Translations under genes and position numbers: made by a program
Part shown: piece after piece, positions 44,122 to 53,523 of the stretch
How positions within the stretch are numbered: position 1 is the stretch's first letter
Layout: each line of letters opens with the position of its first letter
Notes under the pieces: model-generated
Database searches by the model: none
What the model was told of the DNA's origin: nothing
Seen by the model: the letters and a program-made list of their open reading frames with translations, nothing else
Origin: Chryseobacterium gleum
Lineage (GTDB): Bacteria; Bacteroidota; Bacteroidia; Flavobacteriales_D; Crocinitomicaceae
Assembly (NCBI GenBank): GCA_945882095.1
Contig: CAMCWF010000011.1
Coordinates: 496 to 64,495, forward strand
Reading direction: 5' to 3'
Length of the DNA: 64,000 nucleotides

Positions 44122-45995
44122 TTTGAATACCACATTTGGAAAGTTAGAAAATACCACGTTTTCAATCCCTCTCCATTGTTTCCATTGAGGAAGGACTGAA
44201 TCATTTTTTGTAGGATGGGCGGGTTAAAAATTCCTTGTTTCACAAGAAAATCCGTTTCTGAAAATTGTTTTAAGCGATCGCTTAATTTTGTTCGCATCCA
44301 TTCATTAATCGGAATGGCAAACCCTTTTTTGGGACCTTCTAACAGGTTTTTTGGGACCATGTCATGGGCGATGGATTTAAGCAAAATCTTGGTTTCATTT
44401 GCGTTGCATTTAAACGCATCTGGAATTTGTGCCATGAAAGCAATCAGTTCATGATCTAAAAAGGGCTCTCTGCCTTCCAACCCGACGGCCATCGTAGCGC
44501 GGTCTACTTTATGAAGAATGTCGTTGGGAAGGTAGTTGGTGAAATCGTTCCACATCAATTCTCTTAAAGGAGAAGATAAACCGCTTAGTTTTTGCATTTC
44601 CAACGGGACTTCAAAGGACTTCAAGTAGAGATGCAATGCATCATCTTGGATGGCTTTGGTCATGGAATCCAGGTAATGATCGGTTGAAAAATCGGAGAAC
44701 AACCCTGAAAATTTAGAGAGCCGTTGAATGCTCAATTCATTGATTGCAAACTTACTGAGGATGGGAAGAGACTGTTTTATGCCAAACGCGATGGCTTTTC
44801 CGAGTGGTTTTGGAATGTTTTTAAGAACCTGAGGGATTTTAAAATAATACTGATACCGATTGTAACCCCCAAAAATTTCATCACCTCCATCTGCGCTTAA
44901 GGCAACCTTTATTTCCTTTTGCGCATATTTGGCAACCAAGAAAGTTGGAATCGCACTGCTGTCACCAAAAGGTTCATCGAACAGCGTGGGCAATTGGTCA
45001 ATGATGTCAATCGCTTCAGTTACTTCACAAGAAATTTCGGTGTGATCACACCCCAAAAAGGATGCGATTTTCTTTGCTTTAGGCCCTTCGTTTAGTCCAA
45101 TGTTCGGAACCGATACTGTATAGGTTTTCAGAGGGGACGTTTGATGCTGCTGAAGGATGGCTGCGGTGGTGGTGCTGTCGTAACCACTGGACAAAAATAA
45201 ACCAACGGGAACATCAGAGACCATGCGTGCGAGTACAGAAGCTTCGAGGAGGGTTTTTGTTTTTTCTTTGGCTTCTTCGAAACCTAAGTTTAATTTTGGT
45301 GCTTGGTAAAAAGAATCTACTTTCCAATAGGTTTCAATTTCCATTCGCAACGTTTCCACCTTTATTTTCATGAAAGTACCTGGCATCAATTTGAAGGTAT
45401 TTTTGAAGATGGACAAAGGTGCTGGGACATTGCCATATTGCATAAAACGGGCAAGACCTTGAAAACAAATTTCTTTGACAAACCCCGGGTGTTGGTGGAA
45501 ACTTTTCAGCTCAGAGGCAAACAAAAACAGCCTGTTATGGAGGTAATAATACAGGGGTTTAACACCCACACGATCCCTAAATATGTAAAACTCCTGTTTA
45601 TTTCTATCGTAGAGGCAAATGACAAACATACCTTTACACTTATGGATAAAATCAGGTCCCCATTCGCCAAATGCATGAAGGATTACTTCGGTGTCCGATC
45701 CAGTGGCAAAGTGATGTCCTTTGTCTTTTAGCAGACTTTTTATCTCCTTGAAATTGTAAATCTCTCCATTGTAAACAAGGGTTAGGTGTTCCCAATGCAT
45801 GGGTTGATGACTGTTCTCTGAGGTGTCAATTACGGAGAGCCTTCGATGTGCCATGCCCACATAAACGGAACCTACCTGCTGCGAAAATTGGTTTCCAAAG
45901 TCAGGTCCACGATGGGATAAAGCGGTCCCCATATCTAACAAAATCGCTTCGTTAGAATTTCCTGTAAGGTCAATGATGCCTGAAAGTCCACACAT
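44112..45995 (-). CDS. asnB: Asparagine synthase (glutamine-hydrolysing), AsnB family
   Basis: N-terminal MCGLSGI (Ntn catalytic Cys2), HRGPD, and the PP-loop LSSGYDSTT. Typical length of 627 aa. Confidence 0.9.
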   Translation of the reverse strand: MCGLSGIIDLTGNSNEAILLDMGTALSHRGPDFGNQFSQQVGSVYVGMAHRRLSVIDTSENSHQPMHWEHLTLVYNGEIYNFKEIKSLLKDKGHHFATGSDTEVILHAFGEWGPDFIHKCKGMFVICLYDRNKQEFYIFRDRVGVKPLYYYLHNRLFLFASELKSFHQHPGFVKEICFQGLARFMQYGNVPAPLSIFKNTFKLMPGTFMKIKVETLRMEIETYWKVDSFYQAPKLNLGFEEAKEKTKTLLEASVLARMVSDVPVGLFLSSGYDSTTTAAILQQHQTSPLKTYTVSVPNIGLNEGPKAKKIASFLGCDHTEISCEVTEAIDIIDQLPTLFDEPFGDSSAIPTFLVAKYAQKEIKVALSADGGDEIFGGYNRYQYYFKIPQVLKNIPKPLGKAIAFGIKQSLPILSKFAINELSIQRLSKFSGLFSDFSTDHYLDSMTKAIQDDALHLYLKSFEVPLEMQKLSGLSSPLRELMWNDFTNYLPNDILHKVDRATMAVGLEGREPFLDHELIAFMAQIPDAFKCNANETKILLKSIAHDMVPKNLLEGPKKGFAIPINEWMRTKLSDRLKQFSETDFLVKQGIFNPPILQKMIQSFLNGNNGEGLKTWYFLTFQMWYSKWM

Positions 45996-45998
45996 GGT

Positions 45999-47324
45999 TT
46001 ATTCGCTTAAATTTTTGTTAGATGTCCGATACGACAGAACGAGAAAAAAGAAAGGTAAAACAATCGATCGAATGCGCACCAAAACCCCAAAAAGAATGGA
46101 TGTATACCCCGCCATAAAACCAACAATCATGACAAAAACAAGTGCATAAACCCCAAATTCACTGGTGAAAAGTTTATTAACATTGGCAACCAGTTTACGG
46201 TTAAACAGGTAGGTTAGGGAATAAAAAATAAGCAACAAACTTTCGATGCCATTCATGATAAAGTTGACACTTAAAGATTCCGTGATGAAAGGCCTGTAAA
46301 GTGAAACAAACAAGGCGCTTGGGAAAATGGATATAAAACTTACCAAGGATGCATCTGTCTGCGCCAATTCATACCGTGCGCCGGTATAAATTGGGTTGTT
46401 GTTGAAATCAGATTGGGTAATTTGTGCTTCCGCAATTAATGCTTGTGTTTGGGAGGCATTGAACAAAAAATAAAAAGATATCAATGCGGCCGCATAAACA
46501 AAAGAAATAAATAATATCCGAACAAAACCTTTCCCGCGTAAGGAATTGCTATATCGTATTGCCAATGAAAGTCCAAATGGGATAACGATGGCGATGGCAA
46601 TGAAATGCCTTAAATAATAGAGCATGTACAAGGAGATCAGGATGAAGACAATTCGTCGAACGGGCCATTTCGAATCCTCTTTTAAGATAGAAAAAAGCAG
46701 GTAAATGGTATACAAAGCGGAAATGTAAATGAGGGTGTCTTTGTTAATATCGGAGGACCAAAATGCGACCGAAGGAAAAAACAGAAACGCAAAAGCGATC
46801 GACTTTTCGGAAAACGATTCATGTTCAGAAAGCCAAACTGAAAGCACCCAAGAAATTGAGAAAGCTAAAGTGGCAATGATCAACGTAGCTGCCCAAAAGC
46901 TGTTAAACGATAGGATGGAAATTAAGGAAATCAATTTGGCCGCATTCCATGCTTCTAATTCTCTCCAGATCCAACCGGGGGGATAACCTGTTTCGTGGTT
47001 GAAATGGTAAGTAATTCCTAGGAGTTTATTCGAATTAAATACCTCATCCACATAACCCGAAGGATTGGACAAAAACAAACGGTTTAAACAGCCCGCACTT
47101 TCCCAGTAGGCTATAACATCACCACCATCTATGATAAAAAGGTAAGTCGCAGAAAACACCAAGGCCATCCCTATTTTAAAAGCCAAACCTGGATAAAAAT
47201 ACTTGGATAATTTCTCGCTCGGGAACCTTGATTTTATGAATCGGACCAAAAAACCTAGGAGGATCAGCCAAAGCACGACGCTAAAAAGGTCAGTTAGGGA
47301 AAAAAGTCCATCGAATTGATTCAC
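45999..47324 (-). CDS. Polytopic integral membrane protein of unknown function (about 11-12 TM; polymerase/EpsG-like or glycosyltransferase-C-like by shape only)
   Basis: 441 aa, almost entirely hydrophobic helices. GTG start at 47324, with no in-frame ATG nearby. It sits between rlmH and asnB with gaps of 20 nt and 3 nt. Confidence 0.6.
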   Translation of the reverse strand: MNQFDGLFSLTDLFSVVLWLILLGFLVRFIKSRFPSEKLSKYFYPGLAFKIGMALVFSATYLFIIDGGDVIAYWESAGCLNRLFLSNPSGYVDEVFNSNKLLGITYHFNHETGYPPGWIWRELEAWNAAKLISLISILSFNSFWAATLIIATLAFSISWVLSVWLSEHESFSEKSIAFAFLFFPSVAFWSSDINKDTLIYISALYTIYLLFSILKEDSKWPVRRIVFILISLYMLYYLRHFIAIAIVIPFGLSLAIRYSNSLRGKGFVRILFISFVYAAALISFYFLFNASQTQALIAEAQITQSDFNNNPIYTGARYELAQTDASLVSFISIFPSALFVSLYRPFITESLSVNFIMNGIESLLLIFYSLTYLFNRKLVANVNKLFTSEFGVYALVFVMIVGFMAGYTSILFGVLVRIRSIVLPFFFLVLSYRTSNKNLSE

Positions 47325-47344
47325 AAATCAAAGATAGTGATTCC

Positions 47345-47818
47345 TTAACTGTGGTGGTACTTTTCTCCTTTTCGTATTGTGAAAGCGCGGTACAGCTGTT
47401 CTAGAAAAATCGTTCTTACCAACTGATGCGAAAAAGTCATCTTGGAAAGGGAAACAAGGTCGTTGGCGCGTGATTTCACCGCATCCGAAAATCCAAATGC
47501 ACCTCCAATGCAAAATACCAAAGACTTTGTACTTGAATCTTGGCGTGACCCAATAAAATTTGAAAAACCTACGGAATCCATCAATTTACCATGCTCATCT
47601 AACAGAACAAGGGTATCATCGTCATTAATTTTTGCAAGAAACAATTCCCCTTCTTTTACCTTGATTTGTTCGTGAGATAGGGAACGTGCATTTTTTACAT
47701 CCGGAAGATCCAATCGTTCCAAGGGTATGTAATGCTTTAGGCGTTTCTGGTATTCATTTTCCATTTCCACCAATGCGGGAAAGGATGTTTTTCCTATGGT
47801 TAGGATTTTCACCTTCAT
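47345..47818 (-). CDS. rlmH: 23S rRNA (pseudouridine1915-N3)-methyltransferase RlmH
   Basis: 157 aa. MKVKILTIGKT, LDEHGKLMDSVGFSNFI, FCIGGAFGFS and LSLSKMTFSHQL match the SPOUT RlmH family. Confidence 0.9.
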   Translation of the reverse strand: MKVKILTIGKTSFPALVEMENEYQKRLKHYIPLERLDLPDVKNARSLSHEQIKVKEGELFLAKINDDDTLVLLDEHGKLMDSVGFSNFIGSRQDSSTKSLVFCIGGAFGFSDAVKSRANDLVSLSKMTFSHQLVRTIFLEQLYRAFTIRKGEKYHHS

Positions 47819-47830
47819 GTCGTACAGGAA

Positions 47831-49750
47831 TTATCTTTTTGTACGCACTTCATTCAGGGTACTAAAGAAAACAACACCATAACCGATGGCCAACATTAGG
47901 TGGAAAGGCACCATACCCAAGTCACCGTGAATCAGTCGGTTAACCGCTGTGAATCCAAAGGCTAACATAAAAAATCCTTCTGCCAAATTGATAATGGAAA
48001 GGCTTTTCTTGTCGTATTTATTTCCCGTAAATTCGTCTTTTTGTGCCACATTGAATTTAGGGGTTCTCACAAAAGAACTTTTGATTCGGAGGTAGCCCTC
48101 AATCACGGCGACTGCATTGCTAAGGGAAAGTGCCATGGAAACCGTAAGAAACTGAATGAACCTTGCGATAAAGTGAAAAAGATCCGCGAAGAATTTCCCT
48201 GTTTTATCTCGGTATGAGGTCCAATAATAGAACGCCAAAAACACTGAACTCGAAAGGAAAAACGCACCAAACTGGATAAAGAAATTCAAGTCTGAAAAGG
48301 AGTCTTTGATGTGCAAAATCACCATGCTCAAGATGGAGAGAATAAGGATAAATACAAAAACGGTTGAGTTAAATAAATGGGCAAAGCCATGCACCCTGTC
48401 GGAGAACTTAACCCCAGGTGATGTGAGTAAACGTCGTCTCATTTTAATAAAACACTCCGCCCCTCCTTTCATCCATCTGTGTTGTTGACTTTTCAACGCG
48501 GACATGGTGATGGGTAATTCTGCGGGGGATTCTACATCTTCTAAATATTGAAACTTCCACCCTTTCATTTGCGCCCTGTAGCTTAGGTCTAAGTCTTCCG
48601 TGATGGTATCATGTTCCCAACCCCCGGCATCTTCGATGCACTTTTTCCTCCAAATTCCTGCTGTACCATTGAAATTTATAAAATGTCCAGAAGAATTCCT
48701 TCCCTCCTGTTCGATGGCAAAATGGCCGTTTAATCCAAAAGCTTGAAGTTCCGTCAACAAAGAATATTTCTTATTGAGATGTCCCCAACGTGTTTGTACA
48801 ACGCCAATGTTTTCATTGCCGAAATAAGGCATGGTGCGAAGCAAGAAATTCTCATCCGGGACAAAATCCGCATCAAAAATTGCAATAAATTCTCCTTCGA
48901 CTTGATCCATTGCAGCATCCAACGCCCCCGCTTTATATCCAGTTCGGTCGGTTCTGTGAATGTGCTTAATGTTGATTCCTTTGGCTGCAATTTCCGCCAC
49001 TTTTTTCGCAATGATATCCTTGGTTTCATCGGTAGAATCATCCAACACTTGGATGTGTAATTTATCCAAAGGATAGGATAATTTTGAAGCAGATTCAATG
49101 ATTCTTTCCGCAACATACAATTCATTGTACATGGGCAACTGAATGGTTACCTTGGGTGCGTTTTCAAGGTCAAAGTGTGGCATCGGTAACTTCTTTCTGC
49201 GTTTAGACTTTCGGTATGCAATGGCCAAATTAAGTTGGATGACGCTGTAGAAGAAAATCAGGACCAAACAAACACCATAGATGATCAAAACAATTTTCGC
49301 CGTGAGGTGTGAGTAGTAATGTTCTTGTATGGTTTTCTTTCCATTTTTATACACGGTTCGATCCCCCCAATTGAACATCCATGTGACTTTTAAATTGGCC
49401 GTAAAAGGTTCTTTGGTACTAAATGAATAATGAATAAGGTGTTCACCAGGATTGGTTTGAAAAACCTTAAGGGTATCGTTGCGATAATCTTTGTCCTTGA
49501 TCATCAGGGTTAACGTTCCAGTTGGGACATTCTTAAAAACAAATTTACCATCGCCGTTTGTTACCGCTTTAAACACTTTTTTATCTTCCGTTATCAGGAT
49601 AAGTTTTACCTTCTCTGCAGAATTTTTGGTTTTATAATCTACCAAATTTCCTTCAATTCTTTTGGTGACTGGATGTAACACCATCAAGGATTTGTTCGCT
49701 AGAAATTGAAAAGAAATACTTAAAAGAACGATGAAAAGGATATTTTTCAT
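47831..49750 (-). CDS. Processive family-2 glycosyltransferase (cellulose/CslA-like synthase) with an extra N-terminal signal/TM plus CarboxypepD_reg-like domain
   Basis: GT2 motifs QLPMYNE, VLDDSTDET, IFDADFVPD, TEDLDLSYRAQ and QQHRWMKG (QxxRW). Multiple C-terminal TM helices are present. The N-terminal 150 aa are MKNILFIVLLSISFQFLA plus KLILITEDKKVFKAVTNGDGKFVFKNVPTGTLTLMI, ahead of the first synthase TM helix. Confidence 0.85.
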   Translation of the reverse strand: MKNILFIVLLSISFQFLANKSLMVLHPVTKRIEGNLVDYKTKNSAEKVKLILITEDKKVFKAVTNGDGKFVFKNVPTGTLTLMIKDKDYRNDTLKVFQTNPGEHLIHYSFSTKEPFTANLKVTWMFNWGDRTVYKNGKKTIQEHYYSHLTAKIVLIIYGVCLVLIFFYSVIQLNLAIAYRKSKRRKKLPMPHFDLENAPKVTIQLPMYNELYVAERIIESASKLSYPLDKLHIQVLDDSTDETKDIIAKKVAEIAAKGINIKHIHRTDRTGYKAGALDAAMDQVEGEFIAIFDADFVPDENFLLRTMPYFGNENIGVVQTRWGHLNKKYSLLTELQAFGLNGHFAIEQEGRNSSGHFINFNGTAGIWRKKCIEDAGGWEHDTITEDLDLSYRAQMKGWKFQYLEDVESPAELPITMSALKSQQHRWMKGGAECFIKMRRRLLTSPGVKFSDRVHGFAHLFNSTVFVFILILSILSMVILHIKDSFSDLNFFIQFGAFFLSSSVFLAFYYWTSYRDKTGKFFADLFHFIARFIQFLTVSMALSLSNAVAVIEGYLRIKSSFVRTPKFNVAQKDEFTGNKYDKKSLSIINLAEGFFMLAFGFTAVNRLIHGDLGMVPFHLMLAIGYGVVFFSTLNEVRTKR

Positions 49751-49793
49751 TGAAAAAGGTTAAAAAGTAGGTTTTATCTACCGCAAATATAAT

Positions 49794-51905
49794 TTAATCT
49801 TTGATTAGTGTCATTTCATCTACCAAATGCTTCGCACCGGCATAGATGTCCATCACCCACAAAACATAGCGAATGTCGACGACAATGTTTCTGCATCGCG
49901 CAGGATCAAACATGAAATCACTCATCGTACTTTCCCAAGATCTGTCGAAGTTTAACCCCATGAGATGTCCATTTTTATCCAATACGGGCGAACCTGAATT
50001 CCCTCCAGTTGTATGGTTTGACCCTGTAAAACACACCCACAACTCCCCCTCTTGAGCATAGGGCCCATAGTTTTTTGATTCAGCTAGCATTCGAAGTTTA
50101 GGTGTGATTTCAAAATCTGAATTTCCCGTTCGGTTTTTTGCCATAATACCCTCCAAGGTAGTATGTTCCTTGTACTTCATCCCATCAACCGGCTGAGATC
50201 CCTCGAGTTTTCCATACGTTATCCGAAGGGTTGAATTCGCATCGGGCCAGTGGGCTTTATCTGGGAACATGACGTATTTTCCTTCAACGTAGATTTGCAT
50301 CAGTCGGTTTAATTCGGTTTGGTAAGATTTGTACGCAGGAATGGTTTTCGTTTCAAAGGCAGGATACAATTTGAAATAATGAAGATAACCCTTGTCTTTT
50401 TGCAGGGTTTTGGCAGATTTTGAAGAGAGTTTTTTTAGGAACGAATAAAACCTTATCGAATCTGTAAAAATTGACTTTGTATAGATTTGTTCAGTTAACT
50501 GATCCCATTGCGCGGAAGTAATTTCCTGGGTGGTATCCGTGTAGGTCATGTATTTTTCTGTAAGGCTCCTGAAAATGTTTTTATCGACATTGGCATTGTA
50601 ATTTTTGAAAAATCCTTTGGCTCTGTTTTTTACTTTTTCAACTTCTTCCTTTCTTTTTTTCTCGTCGAACCCTGCATAATTTGTCGCCAATTCATTGGTA
50701 GCTTTTAGCAATTTAAAATACTCAGGTCCCACCATGAAATATTCAATTCCCATGGCATAATCAAATTCTGATTGGGAATTTTTACCCACAAGGGCATTCA
50801 GGTCTACCAGGGCCTCTGCATATTTTTTCCATTCACCCTTTCCTGCTGCCCTGCTTGTATATTCCTTTTCTTGGGCACGCTTTTCGTCCAATGCACCCCG
50901 ATTTTTGAGCCCTTCCACTTGACCCATCCATTTTTTCCAAGCGTTTGCGATGGAGGCTTGTTTTGCAGCATATTGAATGCGAATGAGGTCTGATGATTTC
51001 ATCCCGTTGTCAATGATTTCCAAACTGTGGTCACGCATGTCAATCCTTGCTGGCCGTTCTTTTTCGATGATAAATTTCAAGTACTCAGAAACCACATGTT
51101 GTTCGGTTACACCCGGAAAACCATAGACCATTGTAAAATCTCCTTCTTCCCTGTTTTGGAAAGAAATGGGTAAAAAATGCAAAGGAACGTAAGGTATGTT
51201 TTCTGGCGCATAAGCCGCTGGCTTGTTGTCCTTACCGGCATACACCCTGAAAACAGAAAAATCTCCCGTATGCCTTGGCCATACCCAGTTGTCGGTGTCC
51301 CCACCAAATTTACCAATTGCGTTGGGTGGTGTGCCCACAAAACGGATGTCTTTAAACACTTCTTTTACCATTAAATAATAAGTGTTCCCGTAGTCAAAAG
51401 CCTTAATTTCTGCTTCGTAATGCGTGCCTTCAATGGCTTTTTTTACAAGGTTTGAAATGTTCAATGCAATGGTCGCTACATCCGATTTGTCCTTCGCGTT
51501 TTTTAGTACAGCGTCTGTTAAGTCTTCAATGCGTACAATCCGCGTTGCCGTCAAACCGGGGTTTAACAATTCATCTGTTTTGGTTTTGGCCCAAAATCCA
51601 TTTTTCAAATAATCATTCGTTAAGCTTGAATGCGATTGTATTTGCGAATACCCACAGTGGTGATTGGTTAAAAGCAGTCCTTGACCAGAAACCAATTCTG
51701 CGGTACAGCCCCCTCCAAACTGAAAGATGGCATCTTTGATACTTGCTTGGTTTACACTGTAAATTTGTTCTGCCGTGAGCTTCATACCTTTTGCTTGCAT
51801 ATCCGACTCAAAAGCCTTGATCAGCATAGGAATTAACATTCCCTCATCAGCCCGTAGCCATGACGTTAGCATTAAAAACAAGAGGGTAATAACTTTTAAT
51901 CGCAT
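49794..51905 (-). CDS. S46-family dipeptidyl-peptidase (DPP7/DPP11-like)
   Basis: Signal peptide followed by ADEGMLIPML, then LLTNHHCG (His) and GGNSGSPVLD (Ser). Typical length of 703 aa. Confidence 0.9.
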   Translation of the reverse strand: MRLKVITLLFLMLTSWLRADEGMLIPMLIKAFESDMQAKGMKLTAEQIYSVNQASIKDAIFQFGGGCTAELVSGQGLLLTNHHCGYSQIQSHSSLTNDYLKNGFWAKTKTDELLNPGLTATRIVRIEDLTDAVLKNAKDKSDVATIALNISNLVKKAIEGTHYEAEIKAFDYGNTYYLMVKEVFKDIRFVGTPPNAIGKFGGDTDNWVWPRHTGDFSVFRVYAGKDNKPAAYAPENIPYVPLHFLPISFQNREEGDFTMVYGFPGVTEQHVVSEYLKFIIEKERPARIDMRDHSLEIIDNGMKSSDLIRIQYAAKQASIANAWKKWMGQVEGLKNRGALDEKRAQEKEYTSRAAGKGEWKKYAEALVDLNALVGKNSQSEFDYAMGIEYFMVGPEYFKLLKATNELATNYAGFDEKKRKEEVEKVKNRAKGFFKNYNANVDKNIFRSLTEKYMTYTDTTQEITSAQWDQLTEQIYTKSIFTDSIRFYSFLKKLSSKSAKTLQKDKGYLHYFKLYPAFETKTIPAYKSYQTELNRLMQIYVEGKYVMFPDKAHWPDANSTLRITYGKLEGSQPVDGMKYKEHTTLEGIMAKNRTGNSDFEITPKLRMLAESKNYGPYAQEGELWVCFTGSNHTTGGNSGSPVLDKNGHLMGLNFDRSWESTMSDFMFDPARCRNIVVDIRYVLWVMDIYAGAKHLVDEMTLIKD

Positions 51906-51987
51906 GATGATAATTTTTGCCGAAGATAATTGAAATCATTAAATCCAAATGGCATTCCCATGGATTCCTTACTTTTGCAGGCAAGTT

Positions 51988-52917
51988 ATGGAGGTTGTTC
52001 ACGATATTTCAGTACTGAAAAACTTAGTACATCCCATTGTTACCATTGGGACCTACGATGGTGTGCATTTGGGTCACCAAAAAATCATTCGCAGAATCAT
52101 TGACAAAGCAAGAGAAACCCATCGTAAAAGCATCCTGATCACCTTCGATAACCATCCACGTAAAATATTAATGGGTGATTCTGTACCCCTCTTAAATACC
52201 TTGGAAGAAAAATCCGAATTGCTGAAAAAATTGGGATTGGATTACATGCTCGTCATTCCTTTTAACACAGTGTTTGCCTCTAAAAGTGCCCTTGATTTCA
52301 TACAGGAATACTTAATTGACCACCTAAATATTGGTGAAATTGTGATTGGCCATGACCATCAATTTGGCAATAAACGCGAAGGAAACATGCAGTTATTGAA
52401 GGAGGTTTTACTTCCTTTGAACAGGATCGTATCAGAAATAAGTGCTGAAGAAATAGATGAAGTGGTGGTGAGTTCATCCAAAATCAGAAATGCATTGGCA
52501 AAGGGCGAGGTCGGGCTTGCGAAAGAGTTATTAGGTTACGCTTATTTTTTACAAGGAGAGGTGATATTGGGAAACCAATTGGGTAGGACCCTGGGATATC
52601 CAACGGCGAACCTCGCAATTCAAAATCCCGACAAATTGATCCCTGCAAATGGCGTTTATGCGGTTGAAGTAGAACATCTGGGTGAAATTCATAGAGGAAT
52701 GATGAACATCGGTTTTCGACCGACGGTAGAGAAAACGTTGAAACGTGCGCTGGAAGTTCATTTATTCGACTTCAATTCCGATATTTACGGCAAGACGTTA
52801 AAGATCCATTTCCTTTATAAAGTTAGAGAAGAAGTTAAATTTGTAGACCTGCCCGCATTAAAAAACCAATTGGCCTTAGATGAAAAAAACATTCGCGATT
52901 TGTTTTCTTTGGTTTAG
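51988..52917 (+). CDS. ribF: Bifunctional riboflavin kinase / FMN adenylyltransferase RibF
   Basis: VTIGTYDGVHLGHQKII (adenylyltransferase) and GNQLGRTLGYPTANL plus LEVHLFDFNSDIYG (kinase). The ATG at 51988 gives the usual N-terminal length. The track start at 51949 is an upstream extension. Confidence 0.92.
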   Translation: MEVVHDISVLKNLVHPIVTIGTYDGVHLGHQKIIRRIIDKARETHRKSILITFDNHPRKILMGDSVPLLNTLEEKSELLKKLGLDYMLVIPFNTVFASKSALDFIQEYLIDHLNIGEIVIGHDHQFGNKREGNMQLLKEVLLPLNRIVSEISAEEIDEVVVSSSKIRNALAKGEVGLAKELLGYAYFLQGEVILGNQLGRTLGYPTANLAIQNPDKLIPANGVYAVEVEHLGEIHRGMMNIGFRPTVEKTLKRALEVHLFDFNSDIYGKTLKIHFLYKVREEVKFVDLPALKNQLALDEKNIRDLFSLV

Positions 52918-53449
52918 CATTGTTGGCATTGCACAGAAAGACAAAGTTTACACCTTAAGTTCGTTGGCAACCGCGAACAAAGACAGCGTTTTCAAAATTG
53001 ATTTAAGCAGAAACCACCTAACTTCCCTTCCCACGGATATCTACCGTTGTAAGAACCTTACAGATTTGAATTTGTCCAAGAATAAAATTGAAATGCTTGG
53101 GGATTCACTTTCGGTTTTTCAAAACTTAAGTTCCCTGAACTTGGCACATAATAAACTGAAAGCCATTCCTTATGCCGTGTTTACGCTCACTTCCTTAACC
53201 AACCTAAGCTTTGCATCGAACCAAATTGAAATGATTCCCGATGAAATCACCTATTGTCAAAAACTTGAAACCATAGATTTTTACGACAATGCCATCGTTT
53301 CGATTTCCCATCAGTTAAAAACCTTACCAGAGTTAAAATCCCTTGACTTGCGTGGCGTGATGTATGGACATGTGTTTCACCGTAAAATCAAGGACGATTT
53401 CAAGCATTGTAAAATCCTAATTGACCCTCCTTGTTCTTGCATGGACTAA
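52880..53449 (+). CDS. Secreted leucine-rich repeat protein
   Basis: Signal peptide MKKTFAICFLWFSIVGIAQ. Five to six LRRs are present (NLTDLNLSKNKIEML, NLSSLNLAHNKLKAIP, SLTNLSFASNQIEMIP, KLETIDFYDNAI, ELKSLDLRG). The start overlaps the ribF 3' end by 38 nt. Confidence 0.85.
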   Translation: MKKTFAICFLWFSIVGIAQKDKVYTLSSLATANKDSVFKIDLSRNHLTSLPTDIYRCKNLTDLNLSKNKIEMLGDSLSVFQNLSSLNLAHNKLKAIPYAVFTLTSLTNLSFASNQIEMIPDEITYCQKLETIDFYDNAIVSISHQLKTLPELKSLDLRGVMYGHVFHRKIKDDFKHCKILIDPPCSCMD

Positions 53450-53523
53450 AGCGTTGGTAAAAAAATAAACAACAATTTTCTTTTCCGCTCATTTCTAAGC
53501 CAATAAAAATTAACTTTAAGGCC

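Noticed and set aside
49751-49793. Possible terminator after the S46 peptidase gene (GTAG…CTAC followed by TTTTT on the minus strand)
   Set aside because: The stem is only 4 bp, which is too weak to call.
51906-51987. Possible FMN riboswitch upstream of ribF, and an imperfect hairpin at about 51937..51961
   Set aside because: The region is only 82 bp and I see none of the conserved FMN-element sequences. ribF is not normally FMN-riboswitch controlled. The hairpin is short, bulged and inside a divergent promoter region.
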